Counted from the first letter of the stretch, positions 8,456 to 17,849 are shown. The stretch is DNA of 32,000 nucleotides from Promethearchaeota archaeon (GCA_030606485.1 JAUWGH010000001.1:300001-332000), one strand, 5' to 3'. Notes: generated from the letters alone by a model not told the origin. Program-made: numbers and translations.

Positions 8456-9307
8456 TTAGATGTGGATTAATTTTTCACTAATCTCCCATACTTTTTTTTG
8501 AATAGTTTCATCGTATGTCATCTTATGCGATTTTACAGGTATACATTTTTTAAAGTATTTTCCCGAAATCTTTTCAACTTCAGGCGACGACGCGAGATAT
8601 ACAGATGTTTCGGCTGCTTCTTCCGGACTTTTAGAAAACAAATTCATAATTTTTTTAATAATCCAAGAGACATTTGTCTGTGTCATTTTCGTTCTGGCAT
8701 GACCAGGGTGGAGGGCATTAACAGTTACTCCTGTTCCATCTAACCTGCGTGCTAGTTCGTATGTAAATAGAATAATTGCGAATTTTGCTGAACCATAAGC
8801 TTTTTGGGAAGAATATTTTTTTTCAAACATTAAATCATCCAAATTTATTTTAAAATAACGGTGGATATCCGATGATACATTGATTATTCGTGATGGGGCA
8901 CTTTTTTTTATAATATCAAGTAAGAGTTTTGTTAATAGAAAGTGAGAAAGATAATCAGCCGCAAATGTGCTCTCATATCCATCTTCGGTTAATACTTTTT
9001 TACTATTAAATACACCGGCGTTGTTTATCAAAATATGCAACTTGTCATATTTTTTCTTAAATTCATCAGCTAAATTTTTAACTGATTCTAAAGATGCGAG
9101 GTCTGCAATTATGAGGTCAACATTACTATTTCCAGATTCTTCTTTTATTTGTTTTTGTGCATTTTCCCCTCGTTCTTTATTTCGACAGACCATGACAATA
9201 TGGATTCCCATTTTTGCTAATTGAATAGCAGTTGCTTTACCGATCCCAGAATTAGCACCCGTAATCATGCAAGTTTTTCCTTTCAATTGATAATTATTCT
9301 CGCTCAT
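8456..9307 (-). CDS. Short-chain dehydrogenase/reductase, retinol dehydrogenase/WWOX-like
   Basis: TGANSGIG Rossmann motif, LINNAG, catalytic YGSAK (YxxxK), VNALHPG. Confidence 0.93.
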   Translation of the reverse strand: MSENNYQLKGKTCMITGANSGIGKATAIQLAKMGIHIVMVCRNKERGENAQKQIKEESGNSNVDLIIADLASLESVKNLADEFKKKYDKLHILINNAGVFNSKKVLTEDGYESTFAADYLSHFLLTKLLLDIIKKSAPSRIINVSSDIHRYFKINLDDLMFEKKYSSQKAYGSAKFAIILFTYELARRLDGTGVTVNALHPGHARTKMTQTNVSWIIKKIMNLFSKSPEEAAETSVYLASSPEVEKISGKYFKKCIPVKSHKMTYDETIQKKVWEISEKLIHI

Positions 9308-9377
9308 CCTTTTCAGCTTAGAATTTTAACTAAATCTTTCAATAACTAAATGAGATTCAAATAGCATATTTTAGTGA

Positions 9378-9433
9378 AGGTATACTCCTTATTAAAAATC
9401 TTCATCTAAAAGTAATATTTAATCATGAGATTT
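9378..9433 (+). repeat. 56-bp direct repeat, left copy; decayed copy of the helicase 3' end
   Basis: aggtatactccttattaaaaatcttcatctaaaagtaatatttaatcatgagattt matches 11741-11796 at 53/56. On the minus strand it reads KSHD*ILLLDEDF* versus helicase KSHDKILLFDEDF*. Confidence 0.95.
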
Positions 9434-9613
9434 ACATATATTTTAGACTATCTTTTTTTGAATATTCTGTTGTAAATATTATAAAAATTCTGCGCCCCTC
9501 TCTTACTTAAATACCCAAATTCGTTAGATTTTTTAATAAAAATAGAATTATCAATAAATTTCTCATGAAATCCTAATTAAATCTTATCTTAAAATAAAAA
9601 TAATGATTAAAAA

Positions 9614-11758
9614 GTGACTAAAAATTTTTCTCAAGTAGAATTAAACTTCTTAAAAAGTAAAGGGATTAATATAAAAAATCTTAAGACAAGATGGGCATGG
9701 GTTAATGAAAATCTTGCTGTTGAATTTTACCGCGATTTCTTAATACCTTATTTTAAAAAAGTACCAACCAATAACGAGTTGGACGCTCATGGATTTAGAG
9801 GATTTAGATATGCAGTTGGTCGTATTAGGAAAAAAATGACCGAAATCACAAAAGCGGCGGGATATAAACCACATTTCGAAGTAAAATATAGGGATTTGTC
9901 ATTTGAAGATTTGGTTGAGCTCTATATATATAAAATTTACCCGGAATTAAAGGAGAAACTCAAACTTTCCAAAGAACAACCTCCAACTCAATTGCAAATG
10001 GAAACAAATGGATATCGCGGATTCATAGATGCAATTTATAAGAGAGGTAGAAATATTCCAGATTTACAAAAAGCTGCGGGTTTTAAACCACTTAAAGAAT
10101 TTAATTATGCAGGCAAATCGTTCGTAGAACTAGTGGAGATGTTTTTAAATGAAATTTACCCAGATTTAAGGAAGAAGTTAAAACTACCAGAGGGGGAACA
10201 CCCCAAAAAGGAAGATATTGATAAATACTATAATGGTTTACTTAAAGCACTTGGACGAATAGGTAAAACTTATAATAACCTTGCGAAAGCAGCTGGCTTC
10301 ATGCCGAGGATGGAGCATAAATATATTGAAAAATCTTTTGAAGAACTCGTTGAAATGTTTAAAAATGAAATATATCCAGCTCTCGTGAAAAAATTATCAT
10401 TACAGAAGAGTGTGGCTCCAACTAGAGACCAAGTAGAAAAAAATTTTCGTGGTTTTACAAATGCTTTAACCAATATGAAAAAATATTATCCTGAATTATT
10501 AAGAATAGCAGGATTTGAACCGAAATATGAGCAAAAATATAGAGATATGAATTTAAAAGATTTAGTGGAATTTTTTTTAGAAGAAATATATCCATTTGTA
10601 AAAACAAAACTCACAGAAAAGGGATTGAATCTTGGAGATAAAGAAGCTCCCACCGTAAAGCAAATTCGAAAATATGGATATGGCGGTTTTATTCAGAAAT
10701 TATATAAAATTACATCATATAATGATTTAATAGAAGCTGTTGGGTTAGAACCTAATGTTGAATATCGATATGTAGATATGGATTTTAAAGATTTAGTCGA
10801 TTTTTTCAAAACACAAATTTATCCTGATGTGAAATCCCAAATAATAATTGGAGAAAATGAAGCTCCTAGCAAATTAGAATTATGCGATTTGGGCTATACT
10901 GGATTTTTTGATGCAATTTATCGAACTGGAAAAACTTATTTTCAATTAGTGAAAGAAATGGGTTTTATACCAAGACAATCAATTGGATCTGAATTAGGAA
11001 CATTAAATCATAAGGCTATTAATTTTTTAATCTCAGATTGGGTTAACCAAGATAAATCTCCTAATATAATATATTATATCGAGGTAAAATTATTCGATCC
11101 AGTGAATGAATTTAGAATTGATGGATTTTTAATTAACAACAAGATAATCCAAAACCATATAACTTACAATTTTAAAAATTGGATATATAAACAAATTGAT
11201 AATCTCTCTCAGAAAAAGCTTTTGGTTGGATTAATTGATAAAATAATCGATAAAAAATTCTATTTATTTGATTATTCCAATGCATACTTTAACCGTTTTA
11301 ATAAAGTAAATTTAAAAATGGTGGCATCAAAAATTATTAAGTATCGGAAAAATAATTTAGCGAATTTATTTCTTGTGGGGACAAAATGGCCATATCATGG
11401 ACTGTATATTATTAAACTTCCAGAATACATAAATTATGGTATTAAAAAAGTACATACCGCAAATACAATTCTTATCAGTCATGTTCTTTTTGCCAAATTG
11501 ATAGGATTGGATGGTTCATTTCTCCAAAAATTTAAAGAAATTATTTCTTGTAATCAGAAAGATGATTTAAATAATTTATTTAAAATCATTGAAGCTTATG
11601 AAAAGAAAGAAATAAGAACACATCAAACTAAGGATTTAACGAAATTCCTTAAGAAATCATCTAATGTTCAAATAAAAATAAATAGCTATTTGTCTGAATT
11701 ATTTAATTTCTATATTGATTTTACAACTTTAGATAAATGGAGGTATAGTCCTTATTAA
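9614..11758 (+). CDS. Tandem-repeat protein (six ~72-77 aa repeats resembling homing-endonuclease-associated repeats) with a putative C-terminal PD-(D/E)XK-like nuclease
   Basis: Repeat consensus IYPxL..KL.L....P(T/S)..ql...gyrGF..Al.r.gk.y..L.kaAGF.P..e.kY.d.sf.eLVe.F. C-terminus has GTLNH, YYIEVKL, RIDGFLI, YLFDYS, KIIKY. Nuclease assignment is by motif resemblance only. Confidence 0.65.
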   Translation: MTKNFSQVELNFLKSKGINIKNLKTRWAWVNENLAVEFYRDFLIPYFKKVPTNNELDAHGFRGFRYAVGRIRKKMTEITKAAGYKPHFEVKYRDLSFEDLVELYIYKIYPELKEKLKLSKEQPPTQLQMETNGYRGFIDAIYKRGRNIPDLQKAAGFKPLKEFNYAGKSFVELVEMFLNEIYPDLRKKLKLPEGEHPKKEDIDKYYNGLLKALGRIGKTYNNLAKAAGFMPRMEHKYIEKSFEELVEMFKNEIYPALVKKLSLQKSVAPTRDQVEKNFRGFTNALTNMKKYYPELLRIAGFEPKYEQKYRDMNLKDLVEFFLEEIYPFVKTKLTEKGLNLGDKEAPTVKQIRKYGYGGFIQKLYKITSYNDLIEAVGLEPNVEYRYVDMDFKDLVDFFKTQIYPDVKSQIIIGENEAPSKLELCDLGYTGFFDAIYRTGKTYFQLVKEMGFIPRQSIGSELGTLNHKAINFLISDWVNQDKSPNIIYYIEVKLFDPVNEFRIDGFLINNKIIQNHITYNFKNWIYKQIDNLSQKKLLVGLIDKIIDKKFYLFDYSNAYFNRFNKVNLKMVASKIIKYRKNNLANLFLVGTKWPYHGLYIIKLPEYINYGIKKVHTANTILISHVLFAKLIGLDGSFLQKFKEIISCNQKDDLNNLFKIIEAYEKKEIRTHQTKDLTKFLKKSSNVQIKINSYLSELFNFYIDFTTLDKWRYSPY

Positions 11759-11796
11759 AAATCTTCATCGAAAAGTAATATTTTATCATGAGATTT
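11741..11796 (+). repeat. 56-bp direct repeat, right copy; contains the live helicase 3' end and the stop of the repeat-nuclease gene
   Basis: 53/56 identical to 9378-9433; the convergent stop codons overlap at 11755-11758. Confidence 0.95.
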
Positions 11797-14106
11797 TTCC
11801 AAAAGATATTCTAATATATAAATTGCGCCAGGACGAGATAATGGCCGATTATTGTTGCCACATTTTGGCGAGTATGTACAACCAGGACAGCCCGTATAAG
11901 AAGTGCATTTACATTTTTTAAGTAAATCAAATGTAGCCTCGAGTAATTTTCGAATAATTGGGTATAAACTTTCAGTGATTCCAATTCCACCTTTATACCC
12001 ATCATAAACATAAATAACTGGTTGGTTATGGTATGTATCCACATCAATAGAGACTCCACCGAGGTCCCATCGATCTATCAATGCAAATATTGGAGAGATT
12101 GCAATTATTGCATGTTCTAGGGCATGAATTGAGCCCCCCAAATTATAATTAAGAGTATCTAACTCACTCTCAAGATGTTCTGGAATTAATAACCAAAATG
12201 CTTTTGTTTCAAATTCTATGGTTGGGAGGTCTAAATCGTAATAATTTAGTATCTCTTGAGTAAGTGTTTCGACTTCTCTATATGCATAATAATCATGCTT
12301 AACTTTAACATCTCCATAATAAATATGAATTTTATCATTGAAGATCTCATTGTCTACTTTAATTTGTGATATTTCGGTATGTTTTAATGATTCCGTGTAA
12401 AAATTCAAATCTGATTTTCTAATATAGACTTTTTTCTGTTCAAAGTCAATTTCTTCTACTAAATAACTCTCCGCTTCAAATAAATATACTGCACCAGTGT
12501 GTAAATCTCTAAAGATATAACTCTCGTCCTCAGATGTTAGAATTTCCTCTTTTTTTTCTCTGGATTTTAGAATAATTTTATAATTATTCTCTGACAAATC
12601 GTCAAGGTTATATCTTCCATTTGGAAAGAATCCACCTGTCCAAAAATATTTTTGACCTCTTTTATTTAGAAGTCCTTGATTTACCAGATAACTCAAAATT
12701 TCCTTAAAATATTGTTTATCTTCAATTCCAAATGATAAGTTTTCATTTTCAGATAGTGGAATTTCATTTGCTGCACAACTAAGTTGATTTCTAAGAAGGT
12801 ATTTATTAGTTAAGGTAATAAGAAGTTTCTCGTTAGGGGCTCCAAATAATTTTTCGGGATGATGAACATAAAAGAGATCGAGAGGGTTTGGCATTGCTAC
12901 GTAAGTTGCAAAAGATATATCCTCTCCTCTGCCTGCTCTTCCAATTTGTTGGCGAAAGCTCGAAATTGTGCCAGGAAATCCAGAAATTATAGTAGCATCA
13001 AGGGTTCCTATATCCATTCCTAATTCAAGTGCATTAGTTGAGCTCACTCCCAGAATTGTATTCTCTCTCAGACCTTTTTCAATTTCTCGTCTTGTTTCTT
13101 TTCTTATTCCTGCCCTATAGCTTCGCACTCTATTTTCAATTGAAGGCATTTCCAATTTAAGGGCGTTCTTAGCCCAGATGGCGTGCAATTCACTCATTTT
13201 GCGCGAAGTTGTGAAAGTTAAAGTTTGAATTCCTTTCTTTAAATGTGCTAGGTAAATATTTTTAGTCTCTTGATGGGCTGATCTATAAGAATTTAGAATT
13301 TCATTATAAGGTAAATCCCATAAAAATACTTTTTTTTCTCCAGTAGGTGAAGTATCTTTATCAATAACATTCACCTCCTCTCCAATTAGTTTCTCCATGA
13401 ATTCTTTTGCTTCTGTTCCCATTGTTGCACTTGCGAGAATCCAAATTGGTTTAATATTAAGAGTATTTAAAATTCTTTTTAATCTTCTAATCATTAAGGC
13501 AAAATTAGAGCCAAAAATTCCCCGATAAGTATGAACCTCATCAATAACAATATATTTCAGGTTTTTTATTATTCGGTTCCAACGTCTCTTGAAACTTGGC
13601 AAATATTGATGCAATGCGTAAGAATTCGTTAGGATAATGTTTGAAGTTCGAAGAATTTGATCTTTTTTTGATTTCTCTACACTACCATCATAAACACCGG
13701 CTAAAGATGGGTCTAAATTTAAATCTTTCAAAAATTCTTGGAGTTTAGACTGCTGATCCCGAGTAAGGGCTTTTCTAGGAAAAATATAGATAGCGCAGTT
13801 ATTTTGATTTTTAAGAATTGAATTCATGACGGGGATATTGTAGCATAAGGTCTTTCCTGAAGCCGTTGAAGTGATAATCGCAGTATTTTTTTTACCAAGT
13901 ATGCTATTTACTGCATCTGCTTGATGTTTCCATAAAATAATCCCTTGATTTTTTAACCAATTACTTAACTTTTTATCTATTGGTAGGTTTAGTTCTCCAA
14001 ACTCTGCCTTCCTTTTTGGAATTGTCTCAATATGGGCTATTTGTTCATCATAAAAATCTTGATGTTTTAAGTAATTTAGAAAATCAGTAAAATCAATCAT
14101 ATTCAA
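11755..14106 (-). CDS. DEAD/DEAH-box helicase with DUF1998 C-terminus (Hrq1/MrfA/YprA-like)
   Basis: STASGKT (motif I), DEVH (II), SAT (III), TNALELGMDIG (V), QQIGRAGR (VI), HALEHA, and C-terminal Cys cluster CKCTSYTGCPGCTYSPKCGN. Confidence 0.93.
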   Translation of the reverse strand: MNMIDFTDFLNYLKHQDFYDEQIAHIETIPKRKAEFGELNLPIDKKLSNWLKNQGIILWKHQADAVNSILGKKNTAIITSTASGKTLCYNIPVMNSILKNQNNCAIYIFPRKALTRDQQSKLQEFLKDLNLDPSLAGVYDGSVEKSKKDQILRTSNIILTNSYALHQYLPSFKRRWNRIIKNLKYIVIDEVHTYRGIFGSNFALMIRRLKRILNTLNIKPIWILASATMGTEAKEFMEKLIGEEVNVIDKDTSPTGEKKVFLWDLPYNEILNSYRSAHQETKNIYLAHLKKGIQTLTFTTSRKMSELHAIWAKNALKLEMPSIENRVRSYRAGIRKETRREIEKGLRENTILGVSSTNALELGMDIGTLDATIISGFPGTISSFRQQIGRAGRGEDISFATYVAMPNPLDLFYVHHPEKLFGAPNEKLLITLTNKYLLRNQLSCAANEIPLSENENLSFGIEDKQYFKEILSYLVNQGLLNKRGQKYFWTGGFFPNGRYNLDDLSENNYKIILKSREKKEEILTSEDESYIFRDLHTGAVYLFEAESYLVEEIDFEQKKVYIRKSDLNFYTESLKHTEISQIKVDNEIFNDKIHIYYGDVKVKHDYYAYREVETLTQEILNYYDLDLPTIEFETKAFWLLIPEHLESELDTLNYNLGGSIHALEHAIIAISPIFALIDRWDLGGVSIDVDTYHNQPVIYVYDGYKGGIGITESLYPIIRKLLEATFDLLKKCKCTSYTGCPGCTYSPKCGNNNRPLSRPGAIYILEYLLEKSHDKILLFDEDF

Positions 14107-14271
14107 AGAGATTTGAACATATTTATTTATAATATATAAGAATCACATAAATTAGAAAATTTATCCTTTTAATTATAAAAGAGACTGAAGAAATTTAAAA
14201 TTACAAATCTACTTTATTAATTTATATAAATTTTAAATCTCTATGAATTTTAATTAAATGAGGATATTGAA

Positions 14272-15294
14272 ATGGAAGATTTTACATGGAAACTGATTGA
14301 GCCAGAGCGAATAAAGAGCGAAAATTTAGGACAATATATATTGCAGAACGCACCTCCTCTATTATATACTAAAAATGATAAAGAGAAAACGTCGGTAAAT
14401 TATTTGATCTCCTTCTTTTTTATAGTTGGATTCTACCTAATCTTTCTCAGTATTTGGACTTTTATAGAAATTGATCTTGGTGGGTTTGAATTATATTTAT
14501 TTTTTTTCATTACAATCATAGTTATTGTTATTGCCTTGCCCCTATTAATACTTTATATTCGCAGAAATGTGTATAACAAGCCTATTCAATCATATTATGA
14601 ATGGTTTATTGCTCAATCTGATAATATTGAAACCATATATTCATGTTTAGTTCAATATCCGATTTTCTCGGGTAAAACTCATCCTGATAAAGGATTCAAT
14701 AGAGCTTATAAGATCTACGAAGAAACGGTGTTATCTAATACAATTGATATTACTCAAATTGAGATTTATTTTAAAATCAACAGTAAGAATCCTAATAATT
14801 TAGAATCTCTTGAACTTATCGGATATTTTTTTAAATATGGAGAAGGGCAACAATTTTTTGATGAAAATACAAATCGAGATGTATGGAGATTTTTTGAGGC
14901 GTCTAAATCAAAAGAAGATAATTTTATTTCGGTGGCGAGCTGGGATCACTTATATGAATGGAGAGATGATTTGGTTTTTGATTTTGATAAATTACATGAA
15001 TTAGCACCATGGATAATACTTCGCTGGAATAATTTAAATCTGATTCCATTAACTCCAGAAGCAAAAAAAAAATTGAGATTTGACAAAAGAAATATCACCC
15101 CCTCGCCCAAATTAAAACCATGGGCTGGAGATTTATTTAAGCAAGAATATCATAATGAAGCTGAGTATAATGATTTAAAAGTTACTCAAAATGCAATTAA
15201 AACAATTTTAGGTGATATCATTTTAAGTAAAAACTCTAAACAAATTAAGAAGAATTTTAATAATTTTAAAGAATATTTTGTAAAAAATGCCTAA
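14272..15294 (+). CDS. Hypothetical membrane protein (2 N-terminal TM + soluble domain)
   Basis: 340-aa ORF; hydrophobic segments at about aa 43-66 and 73-95; no recognised motif. Confidence 0.75.
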   Translation: MEDFTWKLIEPERIKSENLGQYILQNAPPLLYTKNDKEKTSVNYLISFFFIVGFYLIFLSIWTFIEIDLGGFELYLFFFITIIVIVIALPLLILYIRRNVYNKPIQSYYEWFIAQSDNIETIYSCLVQYPIFSGKTHPDKGFNRAYKIYEETVLSNTIDITQIEIYFKINSKNPNNLESLELIGYFFKYGEGQQFFDENTNRDVWRFFEASKSKEDNFISVASWDHLYEWRDDLVFDFDKLHELAPWIILRWNNLNLIPLTPEAKKKLRFDKRNITPSPKLKPWAGDLFKQEYHNEAEYNDLKVTQNAIKTILGDIILSKNSKQIKKNFNNFKEYFVKNA

Positions 15295-15354
15295 AACCTA
15301 CATTCCATCAATTAAAATCAAAATCCTAAATTAGTAAGTTTTATTATTTTTCTT

Positions 15355-15693
15355 ATGCCTTTAGAAAGAAGAGAAGATCTTTCTGAATCATGGAGTAAAC
15401 ACGATAAAACAGTTGATCAAACTCGAGAATTTCATGCTCTTTATCTAAAAGCAGTAAATCATCCTATTAGGCGTGCAATACTTGAAATTCTTAATCAAAA
15501 ACCTATGACAAAGGATGAAATATTTGAGCTTTTAAAGAAACAAGATATTTTAAATGAAAAAGATATGTTGAAATATCATCTTGACTTTTTAAAAAAGGGA
15601 TATTGCATTGAAATGATAAGTGATCAACAGACCAAAAAAATCCTTTATAAAATCACTCAGGAAGGAACAGTAGTGGATTATTTAGATAAATAA
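15355..15693 (+). CDS. ArsR-like winged helix-turn-helix transcriptional regulator
   Basis: KAVNHPIRRAILEIL...LKYHLDFLKKG...LYKITQEG fits the ArsR/wHTH pattern. Confidence 0.8.
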   Translation: MPLERREDLSESWSKHDKTVDQTREFHALYLKAVNHPIRRAILEILNQKPMTKDEIFELLKKQDILNEKDMLKYHLDFLKKGYCIEMISDQQTKKILYKITQEGTVVDYLDK

Positions 15694-15748
15694 ATATTTT
15701 AATTAATAGATAAATTATAGACATTACTTTTAAGATAAAACAGATTCT

Positions 15749-15905
15749 CTATTCAATAGGAAGTTGGACCTCAGTAATTAATTCTTTTTTGGGTTTTTCC
15801 CTTGGATTTGTAAGAAAAATTTCTCTTGTAGGTCCAATTGCCTTAAAACTATTTTTAATGGCAAATTAAAATATTTTTAGGTAGTTTTAGGTATTTGGGG
15901 AACAT
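15749..15905 (-). pseudogene. C-terminal remnant of a GyrI-like small-molecule-binding domain
   Basis: 15859-15749 reads IKNSFKAIGPTREIFLTNPREKPKKELITEVQLPIE*, the typical GyrI C-terminus (GPxxExY/FLxxP...L.TEIxxPI). Upstream continues via a frameshift and a stop (PQIPKTT*KYFN); no intact start. Confidence 0.7.
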
Positions 15906-15959
15906 GGGAAACACATCGCACATATTATATAGATAATGTTCAAATTATTATCGTTAAAA

Positions 15960-15996
15960 GGCTTATTTAAGCCATTCTTTAATTTAAATTAAAGAA
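15960..15996. repeat. Two adjacent palindromes
   Basis: ggctta-tt-taagcc (15960-15973) and a perfect 22-bp palindrome ttctttaatttaaattaaagaa (15975-15996). Confidence 0.8.
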
Positions 15997-16007
15997 AAAA
16001 AAAAAAA
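15995..16007 (-). terminator. Oligo-T terminator of cdhD
   Basis: 13 A on the plus strand (T13 on minus) immediately after the cdhD stop at 16013. Confidence 0.6.
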
Positions 16008-16012
16008 GAGAT

Positions 16013-17218
16013 TTACTGTTTTATCACAGTTGAAACCCAATCCATATATGATTCGGGTATTACTTTTGGAGCTTCTTTAAAGAAATCATTTACGGTTTCT
16101 TTCACAAATTGAGCAGCAACTGGATGAAACATCATAGCAAGATCTAATCCCACAACAATAAGCGAGAGGGCATTATATATCTCCCAAAGAGGACCACGAT
16201 ATTCTCTTTTACCCCAATCTGGAGCTCTTTTCTCACTCATCCAGGCTTCTCTCGCACCCCAAGCGTTTGTTGTCCCTCCAGAAATTGGAAATGCAAGATT
16301 ATCCTCACCCAAAAGTCCCGCTAATCTCATACGTTGATACATTGAGAAAGAATACTCTAATCCGTAGCCCAAAGTCGCACACGTTGGATCCATTACTATT
16401 CTATCTCTTGCAAGTCCTAATTCCATGGCATCTTTATTCATCTTAATCTGGTTGTTCATATCCAAGCTTGTCCAAAGAAGACAATTATGGTCATATTTTA
16501 CGGCAAGAGGAACAACTTCTTCCCAAGTTGCCTTATCAGCTGCAGATAATAATAATCTCTCGCTTTCAGACACTTCCGCAGTGAGTTTAAACATTTCTAC
16601 ATCTTTTTCTTTATTCCCAGAACAACCAATAAGAATTGGAACCTTAACAGCTTGTAATAACTCCTCCAACATCTTCATGGAATTCTCTACGGGAGCATCT
16701 TTTAATCCTGGGTCAATTGATAAAGAATGGAATGTAATACAATCTGCACCAAATTTATCGACTGCAAATTTTGCCCATTCAACCGGATTATCAAGATAAC
16801 CTTTATATTCTACCTTTATCGGTTTAGGTAGCATCATATCAGCGCCCATATCGAATACATCATATGTTACAACAGGTGGATGCGGATTACGTTTTTCTAA
16901 ACCCAAAAAATTATAAAAGGGTGGAACGGATTGACCTCCCAGGGTAACTTTAGTCCCATTTGATCTCACAAATTCGATCGTTTCAATTGTACCGGGATAA
17001 GAAACCTCCCCAAGTTTTAAAACCGCTTCAGTCCATTCTATTGGTCCTTTCACTTTTCCAATTCCGGGTAAAGCAGCTTGAACTGCGCCTGTAACAACAC
17101 TGGGGAAAAAATCAAATTGTAATTGCTCAGCAAGCAAATCTACGTTTATTAATTCCATCTGATCTGTATCTTTCATTAATTCTGCTAATTTCTTTGATAA
17201 TTCTTCAAATTCTGACAA
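16013..17218 (-). CDS. cdhD: Acetyl-CoA decarbonylase/synthase delta subunit (corrinoid Fe-S protein small subunit)
   Basis: TLGGQSVPPFY, VFDMG, NPVEWAKFAVDKFGADCITFH, PILIGCSGNKEKD, MDPTCATLGYGLEYSFSMYQRMRLAGLLGE, AWGAREAW, MMFHP. Confidence 0.92.
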   Translation of the reverse strand: MSEFEELSKKLAELMKDTDQMELINVDLLAEQLQFDFFPSVVTGAVQAALPGIGKVKGPIEWTEAVLKLGEVSYPGTIETIEFVRSNGTKVTLGGQSVPPFYNFLGLEKRNPHPPVVTYDVFDMGADMMLPKPIKVEYKGYLDNPVEWAKFAVDKFGADCITFHSLSIDPGLKDAPVENSMKMLEELLQAVKVPILIGCSGNKEKDVEMFKLTAEVSESERLLLSAADKATWEEVVPLAVKYDHNCLLWTSLDMNNQIKMNKDAMELGLARDRIVMDPTCATLGYGLEYSFSMYQRMRLAGLLGEDNLAFPISGGTTNAWGAREAWMSEKRAPDWGKREYRGPLWEIYNALSLIVVGLDLAMMFHPVAAQFVKETVNDFFKEAPKVIPESYMDWVSTVIKQ

Positions 17219-17327
17219 TATGAAAACTTCGTAATTTTTTATTTAATATGAATTAGTATATTTAGAAAATTGATGAAAATAATTTAAAATTTCTTTTTTT
17301 CATTTTTAAATATATTAAAAAGAAGCT

Positions 17328-17849
17328 TCATACTCGAAGTTTCCTTTTTTTGAGTATAAGAAATGTTATTGTTGATATTGTAAAAATAGTTGTTACCCAA
17401 ATAATTTCTAAAGGGTAAGAATCTATCAGCGGTAAATAATAACGTCCCAGTTCTTTATTGCTATAAATAGTAATTAGGTTGGAACTTGCATTATGTACAA
17501 TTATTTGAATGTAATATATTAAAGTTTCCTTTGCAACATAATTTAATTCGGGATACTCCCCTTCATAAAACGTTATTGATAAATTATATAGCTCTGAGCT
17601 GTATATTCCATCTGGATTTTTATAATTTGATGTTGGACGAAAATTAAATAAAAATAAAGAATAACTTAATTGATACTTACTTGAACAGGTGATATTTAAC
17701 GTTTCGCTCTTATTTAGGCTAACAAGATAGAAAATGGTGCCATTGCTTTTAACTTCTTGATTATCAGTATAAGTCAGACATTGAGGAATTGAAATAGAAA
17801 GTAGAAATAGAAAAATAGTAAGTATAATAATTATTTTAAATTTCTTCAT
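17328..17849 (-). CDS. Secreted/surface protein with C-terminal membrane anchor (Loki-CTERM-like sorting signal)
   Basis: N-terminal signal MKKFKIIIILTIFLFLLSISIP; C-terminal IDSYP + hydrophobic helix + KKRKLRV. Confidence 0.7.
   Translation of the reverse strand: MKKFKIIIILTIFLFLLSISIPQCLTYTDNQEVKSNGTIFYLVSLNKSETLNITCSSKYQLSYSLFLFNFRPTSNYKNPDGIYSSELYNLSITFYEGEYPELNYVAKETLIYYIQIIVHNASSNLITIYSNKELGRYYLPLIDSYPLEIIWVTTIFTISTITFLILKKRKLRV

Larger units (their letters stand above)
9378..11796 (+). mobile_element. Putative single-gene insertion (repeat-nuclease element) at the 3' end of the DUF1998 helicase
   Basis: One 714-aa gene plus its upstream region lies between two near-identical 56-bp direct repeats. 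No integrase or transposase is present; mobility is inferred. Confidence 0.7.

Noticed and set aside
11755-14106. DUF1998 helicase as a DISARM (DrmB) or Druantia component
   Set aside because: No methylase, DrmA or Dru partner genes nearby; size and motifs fit a stand-alone Hrq1/MrfA-like repair helicase.
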